From Haliotis rufescens (Eukaryota), in NCBI RefSeq assembly GCF_023055435.1, contig NW_025963779.1, positions 84,134,001 to 84,198,000 on the forward strand: a DNA stretch of 64,000 nucleotides, in the 5' to 3' direction. Made by a program: the position numbers and the translations under genes. This document shows positions 57,101 to 64,000 of the stretch, in pieces. The notes below the pieces were generated by a model that worked only from the letters and a program-made list of their open reading frames with translations, did no database searches and was not told the DNA's origin. How positions within the stretch are numbered: position 1 is the stretch's first letter; each line of letters opens with the position of its first letter.

Positions 57101-60100
57101 TGTGCATGTGCATCTGAGTATTACGTTTCATCGATGAATGTCCTTGTGAGCAAATTACATCAGTCTCTCATGAAGGAAAGGGACTTCAACAACAACTCAC
57201 AACAGGCAAGCCATTGGTTCTTCCCCTATCGTCCTTGTTTCATAATTATATCCTGAGCAAGGCAATATAATGTTAGTCTGAACAAAATGCATTACAATCA
57301 TACAATGGATTACAGACAGAACAAAGAGACGAGAACTGTGTGACATACAAAAGAGAAATATTATGACTTAGAAATCAATGCCAGCATTTGTTGATATAAC
57401 ATGACAAAGCCAGGCTTTGATTTCAAGGTAATTGATTCTCAGTTGAGGAAAATGTCATGTCTCTGGCTAAAGTGTGCAGATACAACAATGCTGTGGCCGA
57501 CATCAAAGGAGAGACGTGAAAATGCCAGTTCTGTTTACGACAACCCTACAGCCCAGCGTTGCGCCGGCAGATAGGGAACACGGCCATGTTGGTATACCCC
57601 CTCTATCTGCTACATGTACTGATACAGTGGTACAATGTTGTACCATGATACAGATCACATTTATTATGTGGCTCAAACAGCCTAGTCGGAGAGAGTGAAT
57701 AATTAAACAATAACAGACATATCATGGTAGTTTGTACATAGACAAGTATGCGCCAATGGTTCACAGCTTGAGCAACGATGAGTCTCAGGTACGGTGAGTC
57801 AGGTCACATGGTGACCCTCTGATCCTCATCTTAGTCGGCTCACATCACAATGGGGTTTGGTGGATCTGTTCTGCCCTGGAATCCCCACAGGGAAACAAGC
57901 ATGGGGTACTGGGGACCTATTTTGCCCTGGAATCCCCACAGGGAGACAATCATAGGGGTTGGGTGGATCTATTCTGCCCTTGAATCCCCACAGGGAGACA
58001 AGATTGGGGTCTGGGGACCTATTCTGCCCTGGAATCCCCACAGGGAGACACAGATTGGGTTCTTGGGACCTATTCTGAACTGGAATCACAACAGGGAGAA
58101 AAGCATGGCGTACTGGGGACCTATTCTCCCCTGGAAACCCCTTTGGGAAATAAGCATGGGGTCTGGGAACCTATTCTGACCTGGAATCCCCACAGGTAGA
58201 CAAGGATGGAGGTCTAGGCCTGGAATCCCCACAGGGAGACACAGGATTGGGTTCTGGGGACCTATTCTGGCCTGGAATTCCCATAAGAAGACACACATAG
58301 GGTTCTGGAGACCAAATTCTGCCCTGGAATCCCCACAGGGAGACAAGCATGGGGTACTGGAGATCTACTCTACCCTGGAATCCGCACAGGGAGACAAGCA
58401 TAGGGGTCCGGGGACCTATTCTGACCTGGCATCCTCACAGGGAGACACGCATGGGTGTCTAGGGACCTATTCTGGCCTGGAACCCCCACAGGGAGACACA
58501 GATTGGGTTCTGGGGACCTATTCTGGCCTGGAACCCCCACAGGGAGACAAGCATGGGATACTGGGGACTTATTCTACCCTGGAATCCCCACAGGAAGACA
58601 AGCATGGGATACTGGGAACTTATTCTACCCTGGAGTAAGTGAGTAAGTGAGTGAGTATGGTTTTACGCCGCTTTTAGCAATATTCCAGCAATATCACGGC
58701 GGGGGACACCAGAAATGGGCTCCACACATTGTACCCATGTCGGGCGTGACGAGCGAACGCTTTAACCACTAGGCTACCCGACCGCCCCTATTCTACCCTG
58801 GAATCTACACAGGAAGACACAAACTGGGTTCAGGGGACTTATTCTACCCTGGAATCTACACAGGAGGAATAAGGAAGAAAATAAAATAATTCATCATTAC
58901 AGGTCTAATGCACCATATGCAATTTCTTGTAAATTTTGTAGTTCACCAAATGAAAAACTTTTTCTGAAGAGCAATCTTGACATATGGTGTATCATGATAA
59001 AACACATGTATCTCTATATCACACACCCTACTTCCCCTAACACAACATCACAAGAAACAGATGTCTCCCGGAACAAGCTCACAAGGCAGTGATGAATGTG
59101 CAGTGGCTGGTGATATCTGATATCAACCAGGAAAATCAACTTAATTAATACACTACTCCTCTAAACACTGGAAAAAAAAGAAACTTATAAATTAGACATC
59201 TTAATGTACAGCAAAACCCAGCAGACTGAGAATCCTTGGGACAATTAAAAATATATACCACTAAAAAAACAGCTAAGGACCGTGGGTCCTTAACATTTTT
59301 TTAATAGTATATATGGAAGTAGCTGTAGCTTCAACAAGAGAGCTGAAAGAGAATCATACATTTCATTAAGTTGTCATTAATGAGGTTCCATGTCATGAAA
59401 AGTAACAAATGTCAATATACATGTATGCAATTGGCTCATCTTTCAAACAATATATCATATACTGCAAAATATTCATAAATTATAAACAGAAGAGTTCAAT
59501 TTATATAATTATTTGAAATGCAATATTTTACTTTAATATCCCTATGCTTTTGTGTCTTGTTTTGTTTGTTGTTTGACGCCATACTCAGCAGTATTCCAGC
59601 CATATGATGGGGGCCTTTATATGATCAAGTCAGTACCAGACATTCAATTGGTTGATATTGCGAACACCGTCTTGATACGATAACATGCCATCAACCAAGT
59701 CATTGAGCCTGACCACCCGATCCACTTAGCAGCCTCTTACAGGTGAATATCATGATGTGACATTTCCAGGCACACAATCTTGAGCAGCATCTGATAGTTG
59801 TTACAATGTGCTCCACATTACACCTGAAGTTGTCATGTAATGTCCATCCATGAAGCTTAATGTCATGTAATGTCCATCCATGAAGCTCAATGTCATGTAA
59901 TGTCCATCCATGAAGCTCAATGTCATGTTATGTCCATCCGTGAAGCTCAATGTCATGTAATGTCCATCCATGAAGCTCAATGTCATGTAATGTCCATCCA
60001 TGAAGCTCAATGTCATGTAATGTCCATCCATGATGCTCAATGTCATGTAATGTCCATCCATGAAGCTCAATGCCATGTAATGTCCATCCATGATGCTCAA

Positions 60101-60979
60101 TGTCATGTAATGTCCATCCATGAAGCTCAATGTCTTGTAATGTCCATCCATGAAGCACAATGTCATGTAATGTCCATCCATGAAGCTCAATGTCATGTAA
60201 TGTCCATCCATGAAGCTCAATGTCATGTTATGTCCATCCATGAAGCTCAATGCCACGTTATGTCCATCCATGAAGCTCAATGCCACGTAATGTCCATCCA
60301 TGAAGCTCAATGCCATGTAATGTCATCAATATTAAATCACAACTGTTACCAAATCTCGTCTGATCATTGTTCCATCCGGGTGCACGGGTGGCCCAGTTGT
60401 CTAAGGCGTCACGATTCACTGTGCAGAGTTGCATCCCTTGGGCATGCTGAAACCTATGATTGTGGGTTCGAATCCCAGTTCGCCCTGATTATGTTTCTTG
60501 GTTTGTCAGCACCATACCCATGCTTGTGGGTTTCACCGTCTGAGACCTGCAACACTTCAGGCTTTCCTCCTACATTAAGCTGACATGCCGTGATATAACT
60601 GGAATAATGTCAAAAGCGGTGTTAAACCTAACTCATTCACTCATTGTTCCATCCAACCTGACTTGGTGTGGATGGTAAGTGGCGCTGTATGTAACAACTG
60701 GTGACAATGTCTTGGTGTGAATGGTCAAACGGTGCTGTATGTAACAACTGGTGACAATGTCTTGGTGTGAATGGTCAAACGGCGCTGTATATAACAACTG
60801 GTGACAATGTCTTGGTGTGAATGGTCAAATGGTGCTGTATGTGACAACTGGTGACAACATCTTACCTGCATGATAAGCAGACCCAGGAAGTAGGCGTTGG
60901 CCAGGCGCTGGAACTGCTCGAACAGGTTCTTGGGCAGGAATGTAAGCACATTGTACTTGGACGTGGAAATGTAGTTGTT
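14614..60979 (-). CDS. ATP8B: P4-ATPase phospholipid flippase, ATP8B class (spliced gene span; 5' end not found in window)
   Basis: 21 GT-AG exons join in phase to give 3510 nt. Motifs: TSKY, ETAELDGETNLK (A domain), PISLYVS (TM4), DKTGTLT (phosphorylation site), KGAD, LTGDK, GDGAND, and the C-terminal [13 protein letters not shown] typical of ATP8 flippases. The exact vertebrate paralog cannot be assigned. Confidence 0.96.
15462..15731 (-). mobile_element. SINE-like family C, full length
   Basis: TSD CCCAAGGCAACA on both sides. Confidence 0.9.
15746..15965 (-). mobile_element. SINE family B, degenerate
   Basis: Reverse-complement similarity to the family B body and tail. Confidence 0.7.
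16043..16288 (-). CDS. ATP8B: ATP8B-like exon: [17 protein letters not shown]...VVAVNVR
   Basis: cag/gtagga, 246 nt. Confidence 0.95.
16412..16697 (-). mobile_element. SINE family B, full length
   Basis: Reverse complement of the 513-772 family. Confidence 0.9.
17005..17182 (-). mobile_element. SINE family A
   Basis: Similar to 35298-35486. Confidence 0.85.
17250..17333 (-). CDS. ATP8B: ATP8B-like exon: [28 protein letters not shown]
   Basis: cag/gtaagt, 84 nt. Confidence 0.95.
17508..17731 (-). CDS. ATP8B: ATP8B-like exon: [12 protein letters not shown]...HGRWSY...FFYKN...GFSAQ
   Basis: cag/gtgagt, 224 nt, phase 1/0. Confidence 0.95.
18189..18372 (-). CDS. ATP8B: ATP8B-like exon: AYALKPELE...[10 protein letters not shown]...[11 protein letters not shown]
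   Basis: cag/gtatgt, 184 nt, phase 0/1. Confidence 0.95.
18354..19963. repeat. 70-bp tandem array (23 copies) containing a splice acceptor and exon start
   Basis: Exact 70-nt period from 18361 to 19901. Confidence 0.97.
20085..20400 (-). mobile_element. 5S rRNA-derived (SINE3-like) element with CORE-like body; 3' fragment also at about 37772-37900
   Basis: Minus strand of 20344-20386 reads GTTAAGCAACGTCGGTCACGGAGAGTCCTTGGACGGGTGACCG, resembling the 5S internal control region; the body contains CCTTCGGCAAGTGACTT...GAATGGGTACC. Confidence 0.65.
20495..20609. mobile_element. Palindromic MITE (about 115 bp)
   Basis: TIR CCTGGGCCCACTTGCACAAA.CGATCTT.GCGCTAAGA; second copy at 42363. Confidence 0.85.
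20806..21071 (-). CDS. ATP8B: ATP8B-like exon: [10 protein letters not shown]...AVVINGHSL
   Basis: cag/gtaagg, 266 nt, phase 1/0. Confidence 0.95.
21195..21373 (-). CDS. ATP8B: ATP8B-like exon: TTLDNR...[14 protein letters not shown]...WVLTGDKQ
   Basis: cag/gtatgt, 179 nt, phase 2/1. Confidence 0.95.
21440..21545. repeat. Short tandem repeat of about 21 bp (CCCAGGATTTTATATGATATC)
   Basis: Direct inspection. Confidence 0.75.
22389..22765. other. Assembly gap (N run)
   Basis: Ns. Confidence 1.
22775..22872 (-). CDS. ATP8B: ATP8B-like exon: [32 protein letters not shown]
   Basis: cag/gtgagg, 98 nt, phase 0/2; GLRTL motif. Confidence 0.94.
23125..24600. repeat. Complex minisatellite with GACGAGGTACCA core and variable (CA)n spacers
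   Basis: Direct inspection. Confidence 0.93.
24699..24818 (-). CDS. ATP8B: ATP8B-like exon: [24 protein letters not shown]...HLN
   Basis: cag/gtgagt, 120 nt; KGAD motif. Confidence 0.95.
24994..25095 (-). CDS. ATP8B: ATP8B-like exon: [34 protein letters not shown]
   Basis: tag/gtaaga, 102 nt, phase 0/0. Confidence 0.95.
25597..25820. repeat. 46-bp tandem repeat (about 4.5 copies) overlapping a splice donor
   Basis: Unit CATCCCCTAGTTGGCTACAGCTGTATTTACCTGACCCCCTGCTACA. Confidence 0.93.
25821..25900 (-). CDS. ATP8B: ATP8B-like exon: [26 protein letters not shown]
   Basis: cag/gtaagt, 80 nt, phase 1/0. Confidence 0.95.
26630..26795 (-). CDS. ATP8B: ATP8B-like exon: [21 protein letters not shown]...[14 protein letters not shown]
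   Basis: cag/gtaggt, 166 nt, phase 0/1. Confidence 0.93.
26893..27045 (-). mobile_element. SINE family A, degenerate
   Basis: Weak but colinear similarity to family A. Confidence 0.55.
27423..27800. mobile_element. Second copy of the same inverted-repeat DNA element (opposite end plus interior)
   Basis: Similarity to 1-345 as described for that feature. Confidence 0.6.
27852..27941 (-). CDS. ATP8B: ATP8B-like exon: [30 protein letters not shown]
   Basis: cag/gtgtgt, 90 nt, phase 0/0. Confidence 0.93.
28270..28375 (-). mobile_element. SINE-like family C fragment
   Basis: Matches the 3' half of family C. Confidence 0.75.
28484..28924 (-). mobile_element. SINE family D (tRNA head, Meta-like central domain, (CCTCA)n tail), interrupted by an N gap
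   Basis: B-box GGTTCGATCCC followed by CATACCAAAAGAC...ATGGTAC; near-identical to 43535-43880. Confidence 0.85.
28534..28667. other. Assembly gap (N run)
   Basis: Ns. Confidence 1.
29130..29292 (-). CDS. ATP8B: ATP8B-like exon: VEIIRL...[19 protein letters not shown]
   Basis: cag/gtgtgt, 163 nt, phase 2/0; DKTGT phosphorylation site. Confidence 0.96.
29424..34566. repeat. 34-bp tandem array (about 150 copies, 5.1 kb) containing an exon end and splice donor
   Basis: Unit GGGGACACACTACTCACCTGACATACAGGGAGAT. Confidence 0.98.
34547..34758 (-). CDS. ATP8B: ATP8B-like exon (TM3-TM4): IFLFLL...[11 protein letters not shown](S)
   Basis: cag/gtgagt, 212 nt, phase 0/2; PISL motif. Confidence 0.95.
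34812..36950. repeat. 22-bp minisatellite (GGTCCCTGCTTAAAGTGTTATA), split by a SINE
   Basis: Direct inspection. Confidence 0.95.
35298..35486 (-). mobile_element. SINE family A inserted into the 22-bp satellite
   Basis: Intact A and B boxes, long (GAGT)n tail, flanked by satellite-derived duplication CACAG(T/C)GTTACAG. Confidence 0.92.
37106..37471. mobile_element. Tc1/mariner-type MITE
   Basis: 24-bp TIR CCGTATTCGACGTAATAAGCGCCC / GGGCGCTTATTACGTCAAATAAGG with TA on both sides. Confidence 0.85.
37943..38165 (+). mobile_element. SINE-like family C, 5'-truncated
   Basis: TSD GCAAGCATG; AAAC tail. Confidence 0.88.
38221..38468 (-). CDS. ATP8B: ATP8B-like exon: EIICEAPN...[11 protein letters not shown]...MNILIVG
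   Basis: cag/gtgagt, 248 nt, phase 1/0. Confidence 0.95.
39780..40036 (-). mobile_element. SINE-like family C
   Basis: Matches family consensus. Confidence 0.88.
40269..40351 (-). CDS. ATP8B: ATP8B-like exon: [27 protein letters not shown]
   Basis: cag/gtcagt, 83 nt, phase 2/1; completes the DGET motif. Confidence 0.94.
41094..41284 (+). mobile_element. SINE family A
   Basis: B-box GGTTCGATTCC, (ACTC)n tail, TSD TAGATGTA(G/A)TT. Confidence 0.92.
41295..41550 (-). mobile_element. SINE-like family C
   Basis: Matches family consensus. Confidence 0.88.
41769..41839 (-). CDS. ATP8B: ATP8B-like exon: [24 protein letters not shown]
   Basis: cag/gtaag, 71 nt, phase 0/2. Confidence 0.95.
42363..42477. 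mobile_element. Palindromic MITE, same family, opposite orientation
   Basis: Long TIRs; interior is the reverse complement of that in 20495-20609. Confidence 0.85.
43185..43395. repeat. Degenerate triplication of about 70-85 bp
   Basis: GGAGCTG(C/T)AAGGGATTAT...GACATAT occurs three times. Confidence 0.75.
43535..43880 (-). mobile_element. SINE family D, full length
   Basis: Same structure as 28484-28924; a 3' fragment also lies at about 38900-38975. Confidence 0.88.
44654..46361. repeat. 22-23-bp minisatellite (ACTGACAAACCAAGGTTCATG(G)T) with a higher-order block of about 312 bp
   Basis: Direct inspection; repeated 104-aa block in ORF 45322-46008. Confidence 0.95.
46673..46807 (-). CDS. 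ATP8B: ATP8B-like exon: [12 protein letters not shown]...[15 protein letters not shown]
   Basis: tag/gtgagt, 135 nt, phase 0/0. Confidence 0.95.
47670..48513. repeat. 37-bp minisatellite
   Basis: Unit CCACTTATGTATAACCCTACAGACCTCCACTCAAGTC. Confidence 0.95.
49243..49344 (-). mobile_element. SINE-like family C, internally deleted fragment
   Basis: Head joined to part of the body. Confidence 0.7.
49624..49722 (-). CDS. ATP8B: ATP8B-like alternative exon B (TM1-2 loop and TM2): [33 protein letters not shown]
   Basis: tag acceptor, gtaagt donor, 99 nt, phase 0/0; read manually, absent from the ORF track. Confidence 0.92.
50543..50831 (-). mobile_element. SINE-like family C, full length with (AACC)n tail
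   Basis: Best-preserved copy in the window. Confidence 0.92.
50888..51101 (-). mobile_element. SINE-like family C, older copy
   Basis: Degenerate colinear similarity. Confidence 0.75.
51260..52053. repeat. 44-45-bp minisatellite between the two alternative exons
   Basis: Core GGTATGACTGGCAATGGG. Confidence 0.93.
53119..53217 (-). CDS. ATP8B: ATP8B-like alternative exon A (TM1-2 loop and TM2): [33 protein letters not shown]
   Basis: tag acceptor, gtaagt donor, 99 nt, phase 0/0; paralogous to 49624-49722. Confidence 0.92.
53235..55213. repeat. 26-bp minisatellite ending about 15 nt before the acceptor of alternative exon A
   Basis: Unit ACAAACATTGGCACACACTGGTTCAT. Confidence 0.95.
55379..56662. 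repeat. 37-bp minisatellite derived from the family C body
   Basis: Unit GGGTCTGGACCAGACAAGCCTGTGGTTGACAGCGTGT. Confidence 0.95.
56663..56983. repeat. 41-bp minisatellite
   Basis: Unit GCTGGTCTGGGTACCCCATCACTTCCAAACATGGCTCACCA. Confidence 0.93.
57848..58865. repeat. Degenerate minisatellite of about 51-53 bp derived from the family C head
   Basis: Unit GGGGACCTATTCTGCCCTGGAATCCCCACAGGGAGACAAGCATGGGGTACT. Confidence 0.9.
58637..58788 (-). mobile_element. SINE family A with internal deletion removing the B-box, inside a minisatellite
   Basis: Colinear with 35298-35486 except for a deletion of about 20 nt; flanked by TATTCTACCCTGGA. Confidence 0.88.
59555..59742 (-). mobile_element. SINE-like family C, degenerate
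   Basis: Degenerate colinear similarity. Confidence 0.7.
59831..60325. repeat. 30-bp minisatellite, about 16 copies
   Basis: Unit TGTCATGTAATGTCCATCCATGAAGCTCAA. Confidence 0.95.
60378..60640 (+). mobile_element. SINE family B, full length
   Basis: 14-bp TSD TCATTGTTCCATCC (60364-60377 and 60641-60654). Confidence 0.9.
60663..60863. repeat. 50-bp tandem repeat (about 4 copies) abutting a splice donor
   Basis: Unit GGTGTGAATGGTCAAACGGTGCTGTATGTAACAACTGGTGACAATGTCTT. Confidence 0.92.
60866..60979 (-). CDS. ATP8B: ATP8B-like exon (TM1): [38 protein letters not shown]
   Basis: cag acceptor, gtaag donor, 114 nt, phase 0/0. Confidence 0.95.
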
Positions 60980-61199
60980 CTGGGGAGAAAGTACAAACAT
61001 GAGCACACCCAGCTGGAGACTCTTAGCATCTTTTACAATAGTCCCTACAATGATAACATACAGAAAACCCCTTAAAATTGGCAAATTTCGACTGGTTCTA
61101 TGATACGTAACTATTGGACAGATTGGCAAGGACTTTAGGACTAGTGCTAATTTCTAACGCTGCTGACTGTAGGTGTCATTATGCTCCATGGCATGACAA

Positions 61200-62074
61200 T
61201 GACTGATTCTGGCACTTGCACATAGCCCTGATGGAAGAGGATATTTTTTCTCAGCTTCCCTGAGTATCTTAGACTTAATTTCATCCTGTATTTGTCTCAA
61301 AAGTGCAGCATAATATGCTCAGTTTATTAACTGGCCTTTTGGAAGACAGTCCGCCATGGTGAAACCCTCGGTATCCCAGAACACTGAGGCTATAATCTTT
61401 TCAGCTAATGGGACAGTCATTGCCTTCTTTGGTGGTGGTAATGTCAAATGCTTACACTGCTTTGATTGATGTTTGGACTCAGACTGGAAGTGGTGAACCC
61501 AAGTTTCATCCATAGTCACAAACTTTTGCAAGACCCTTTCTGGATCAGTTTCAAACAGAGATAGATTATCATGAGACACGTGCCTGGAGCTCTTTTTTAT
61601 CTTTTTTAAGTTTCTGTGACAATGGATTGTACTCTCTCCTGGATATGCCTACTGGACTTGCAATATGATGCGAAGTCTTTTGTCAGTTGGTCATCACCAT
61701 ATCGTGGATCATTTCTGGTGTTTCTGACGTGACAGGTAAGTCTCTCCCTGCCACACTGAAACATTGCTGGGCACCAATGCCAAGGACTTGGAAGGGACAT
61801 CCGTCCCCAGTGTTGTACTCATACTTTCATGAATAGCTTTTGGAGTGGTGCCCTCTTTTCTGCAAGTTCCTGATCAATGCATCTATCTCAAGTTTGTCCA
61901 TTTTCCAATGTCACACCTGCTTATTTACCTGAATTGTCACAGCGAAACAGTTTGCTCGATTGACTCAAGTTTTGTGGATATACCTCTATGGCATCATGTA
62001 ATGTCCACAAGGAAGGATTTCACTATTTAGCAATTCCTTCTATCTGAGGCTCAGAACTTATCAATCAACCCTTG
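61200..62074 (-). pseudogene. Decayed mariner (DD34D-type) transposon
   Basis: Fragments MDKLEIDALI (ATG at 61901), FVTMDETWVHH, PPPKKA, KIIASVFWD, YYAALL; stops and frameshifts; 5' TIR-like CAAGGGTTGATTGATAAGT next to TA at 62075. Confidence 0.88.
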
Positions 62075-63159
62075 TATAATAGCAGACAATTTCTCTTGTA
62101 ATCAATTGATACTTTGATATCATTACATTCCTATTTTTAACCCAAATATTAATATAGAGTTCTAAAAAGAACCTTATTGAATATATATTGATCATATACC
62201 GTGTTGCGTCACTCTGCTCGAAAACAAAACTTACCTACAAGTACATGTACAAGTACAATAGCAAGCAAAGAAATCTAGATCCTTGCCCAACAGGTGTGTG
62301 TGGGCGTGACTGGTTTCAACTAAACATTCACCACAAATGAACGGACATTGTGGGGATTCAATTCCTGGATGACTCCGAGCAGCACAACCAACCACTGAGC
62401 TAACTGTGGCCACAATCGCCAACTGTTGCCTACCTCTTCAGAACACACCTTAATGTCAATGTTCCATCGAGACTTAGCGTGTATGGGTTTATGCCTTTGT
62501 GAACAGTATTTAAGTTCCATTACAGCATGTAAGCGTGGGAGTAAGGCTTGAAGTGACTGATTCATAGACGGTTAAAATTTTGGCAAAACCCGTGGTATGC
62601 TTCTGACAGCAATTTCCAAGGTCAATTTCAGGATTCAAACTCACAATCAGAGCATCCTAACTAAACCAGTGGACATAAGTCACTTGGGTCCTGAGATGTA
62701 ACAACAAAAATACTCACAGAGTGCAACTAACCAAATAACGATGAGGTTGTATGGTTATAAAATATGCACAGTTTGTACTAAAGGTACTAAATTTGTACTA
62801 AACACAGCTAACTGTGAATTTGAGGTTTATATTATGAGAACATCTGCTGCGACCTCACTATTTCATGTTTCACATAATTATGTGTCTGACTGCATGCATC
62901 AGCAATTTTAGATACTACCGGTACATAAAGAGAATTAACGTTAATTCACTGATAAACATTCCTGACATTGTACACGATGCCGCTTTTTCCAGTGTGACAA
63001 TCATGATGCATAAAGCCAGCACATGTCAGCATTTTGTCTCCTATAACTAATCTCGCTCATCTCTCGTAGAAACACAATTAATAATCAGCCTTTCTCACAT
63101 ACTTGTTTTCGAGTTTCGTTTCATCATAGTAACAACTAAGTTGTAGACGGGTATATTGT

Positions 63160-63309
63160 TTTGTCTGTCTGTTTGTTGTTTAACGCCACACTGAGCAATA
63201 TTCCAGCTATATGATGGCGGTCTGTAAGTAATCGAGTTAATCCAGTGATTGACATCATGAGCATCGATCCACGCAATTGGGATCGATGACATGCATCAAC
63301 CAAGTCAGC
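63160..63309 (-). mobile_element. SINE-like family C, 3' part
   Basis: Matches the 3' half of family C. Confidence 0.8.
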
Positions 63310-64000
63310 ATGCTGGTATGTTGTTACAATGATGCCAGTTGTTCGTGAAAAGGTGAGCGTATCTTGACCCACCCGTGGCATCTTTTGAGCAAGCGTCGTA
63401 CGACACGCTGAGTCAGCATTGTATATAATGGAGGACCGGGGACAAATTCTGCCCCTACATGTGTTTAAATTCATACAGCAGGAGAGAAATATATCTGTAA
63501 ACACAATTCTCCAATGTACTTGAGGTCTTTATAACTACAAGCTTAATAACGAGCATCTAAATTTATCTCCTTCGTCTCGTTGAAAAAGACACATTTCAAG
63601 AGCAAATAAAATATTTGAACTTTCAAACTGGATTTTTACATGATCAGAACGAGTACAATAGTCACATGATCTTGTTTCCAAAAGTTTGCACAGTTCATTT
63701 CCCCAGATGCGCCGGATCTAGGACCGTCAAACAGAGCATTTTCAGTCTGTTCATGGCCACGGAAGCTTTTTCCCACGACAATGAGTGACACCATTCACTA
63801 GAGGCATAAAAACAAACACTCCTCCATCACAACTCGGGCAGTGCAACTGGCACATCAGTCAATCAATTGCTCTGACATGGCAATTATCTACCGCAAAATC
63901 TATGTCAAAATGTTCTGAGTAGAGTTAAAAAGAATCTGAGGTACATGTGATGTTTGCACAGGTGGTGAAAACTCTGTTCTGAGATTGCCATTAAGTTATT

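Noticed and set aside
57201-57252. Possible 52-nt cassette (cag...gtgagt) as a third alternative or poison exon
   Set aside because: No homology to TM2, in-frame TAG, and such site pairs occur by chance; no support without RNA data.
44694-60583. Many repetitive ORFs (MYRQTKV.., HTGSYKH.., CQPQACLV.., MSIHEAQCH..)
   Set aside because: All coincide with tandem repeats in introns and are open in multiple frames.
62235-62565. Possible upstream exon ending in AG|gtaag at 62235
   Set aside because: The frame needed to join the 60979 exon ends in TAG, and the peptides do not resemble ATP8B N-termini. It could be non-coding, but that is unsupported.
63099-63135. Short candidate N-terminal exon (..YDETKLENKY|gtgag)
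   Set aside because: No convincing match to the expected ANDR-type N-terminal segment, and it is adjacent to a SINE fragment.

Overview
Eukaryotic (metazoan) genomic DNA, AT-rich and repeat-dense. The SINE complement suggests a gastropod mollusc such as abalone, but that is an inference. The window is dominated by one minus-strand, multi-exon gene for a P4-ATPase phospholipid flippase of the ATP8B class. I traced 21 in-phase GT-AG coding exons from 60979 down to the stop at 14614 (3510 nt, 1169 codons plus stop); the N-terminal exon(s) were not found. Two features stand out. (1) A pair of duplicated 99-nt exons (53119-53217 and 49624-49722) encodes the TM1-TM2 loop and TM2, the lipid entry gate, and looks mutually exclusive. 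(2) Several intronic tandem arrays are amplified copies of the gene's own exon-intron junctions: about 150 copies of the PISLY-exon donor, 22 extra copies of an acceptor, and 4 extra donors. Introns and flanks also hold at least five SINE-like families (three tRNA-derived, one 5S-derived, one with a structured non-tRNA head), MITEs, a decayed mariner, about 15 minisatellites (two derived from a SINE) and two assembly gaps. Exon coordinates were read base by base; repeat boundaries and copy numbers are approximate.
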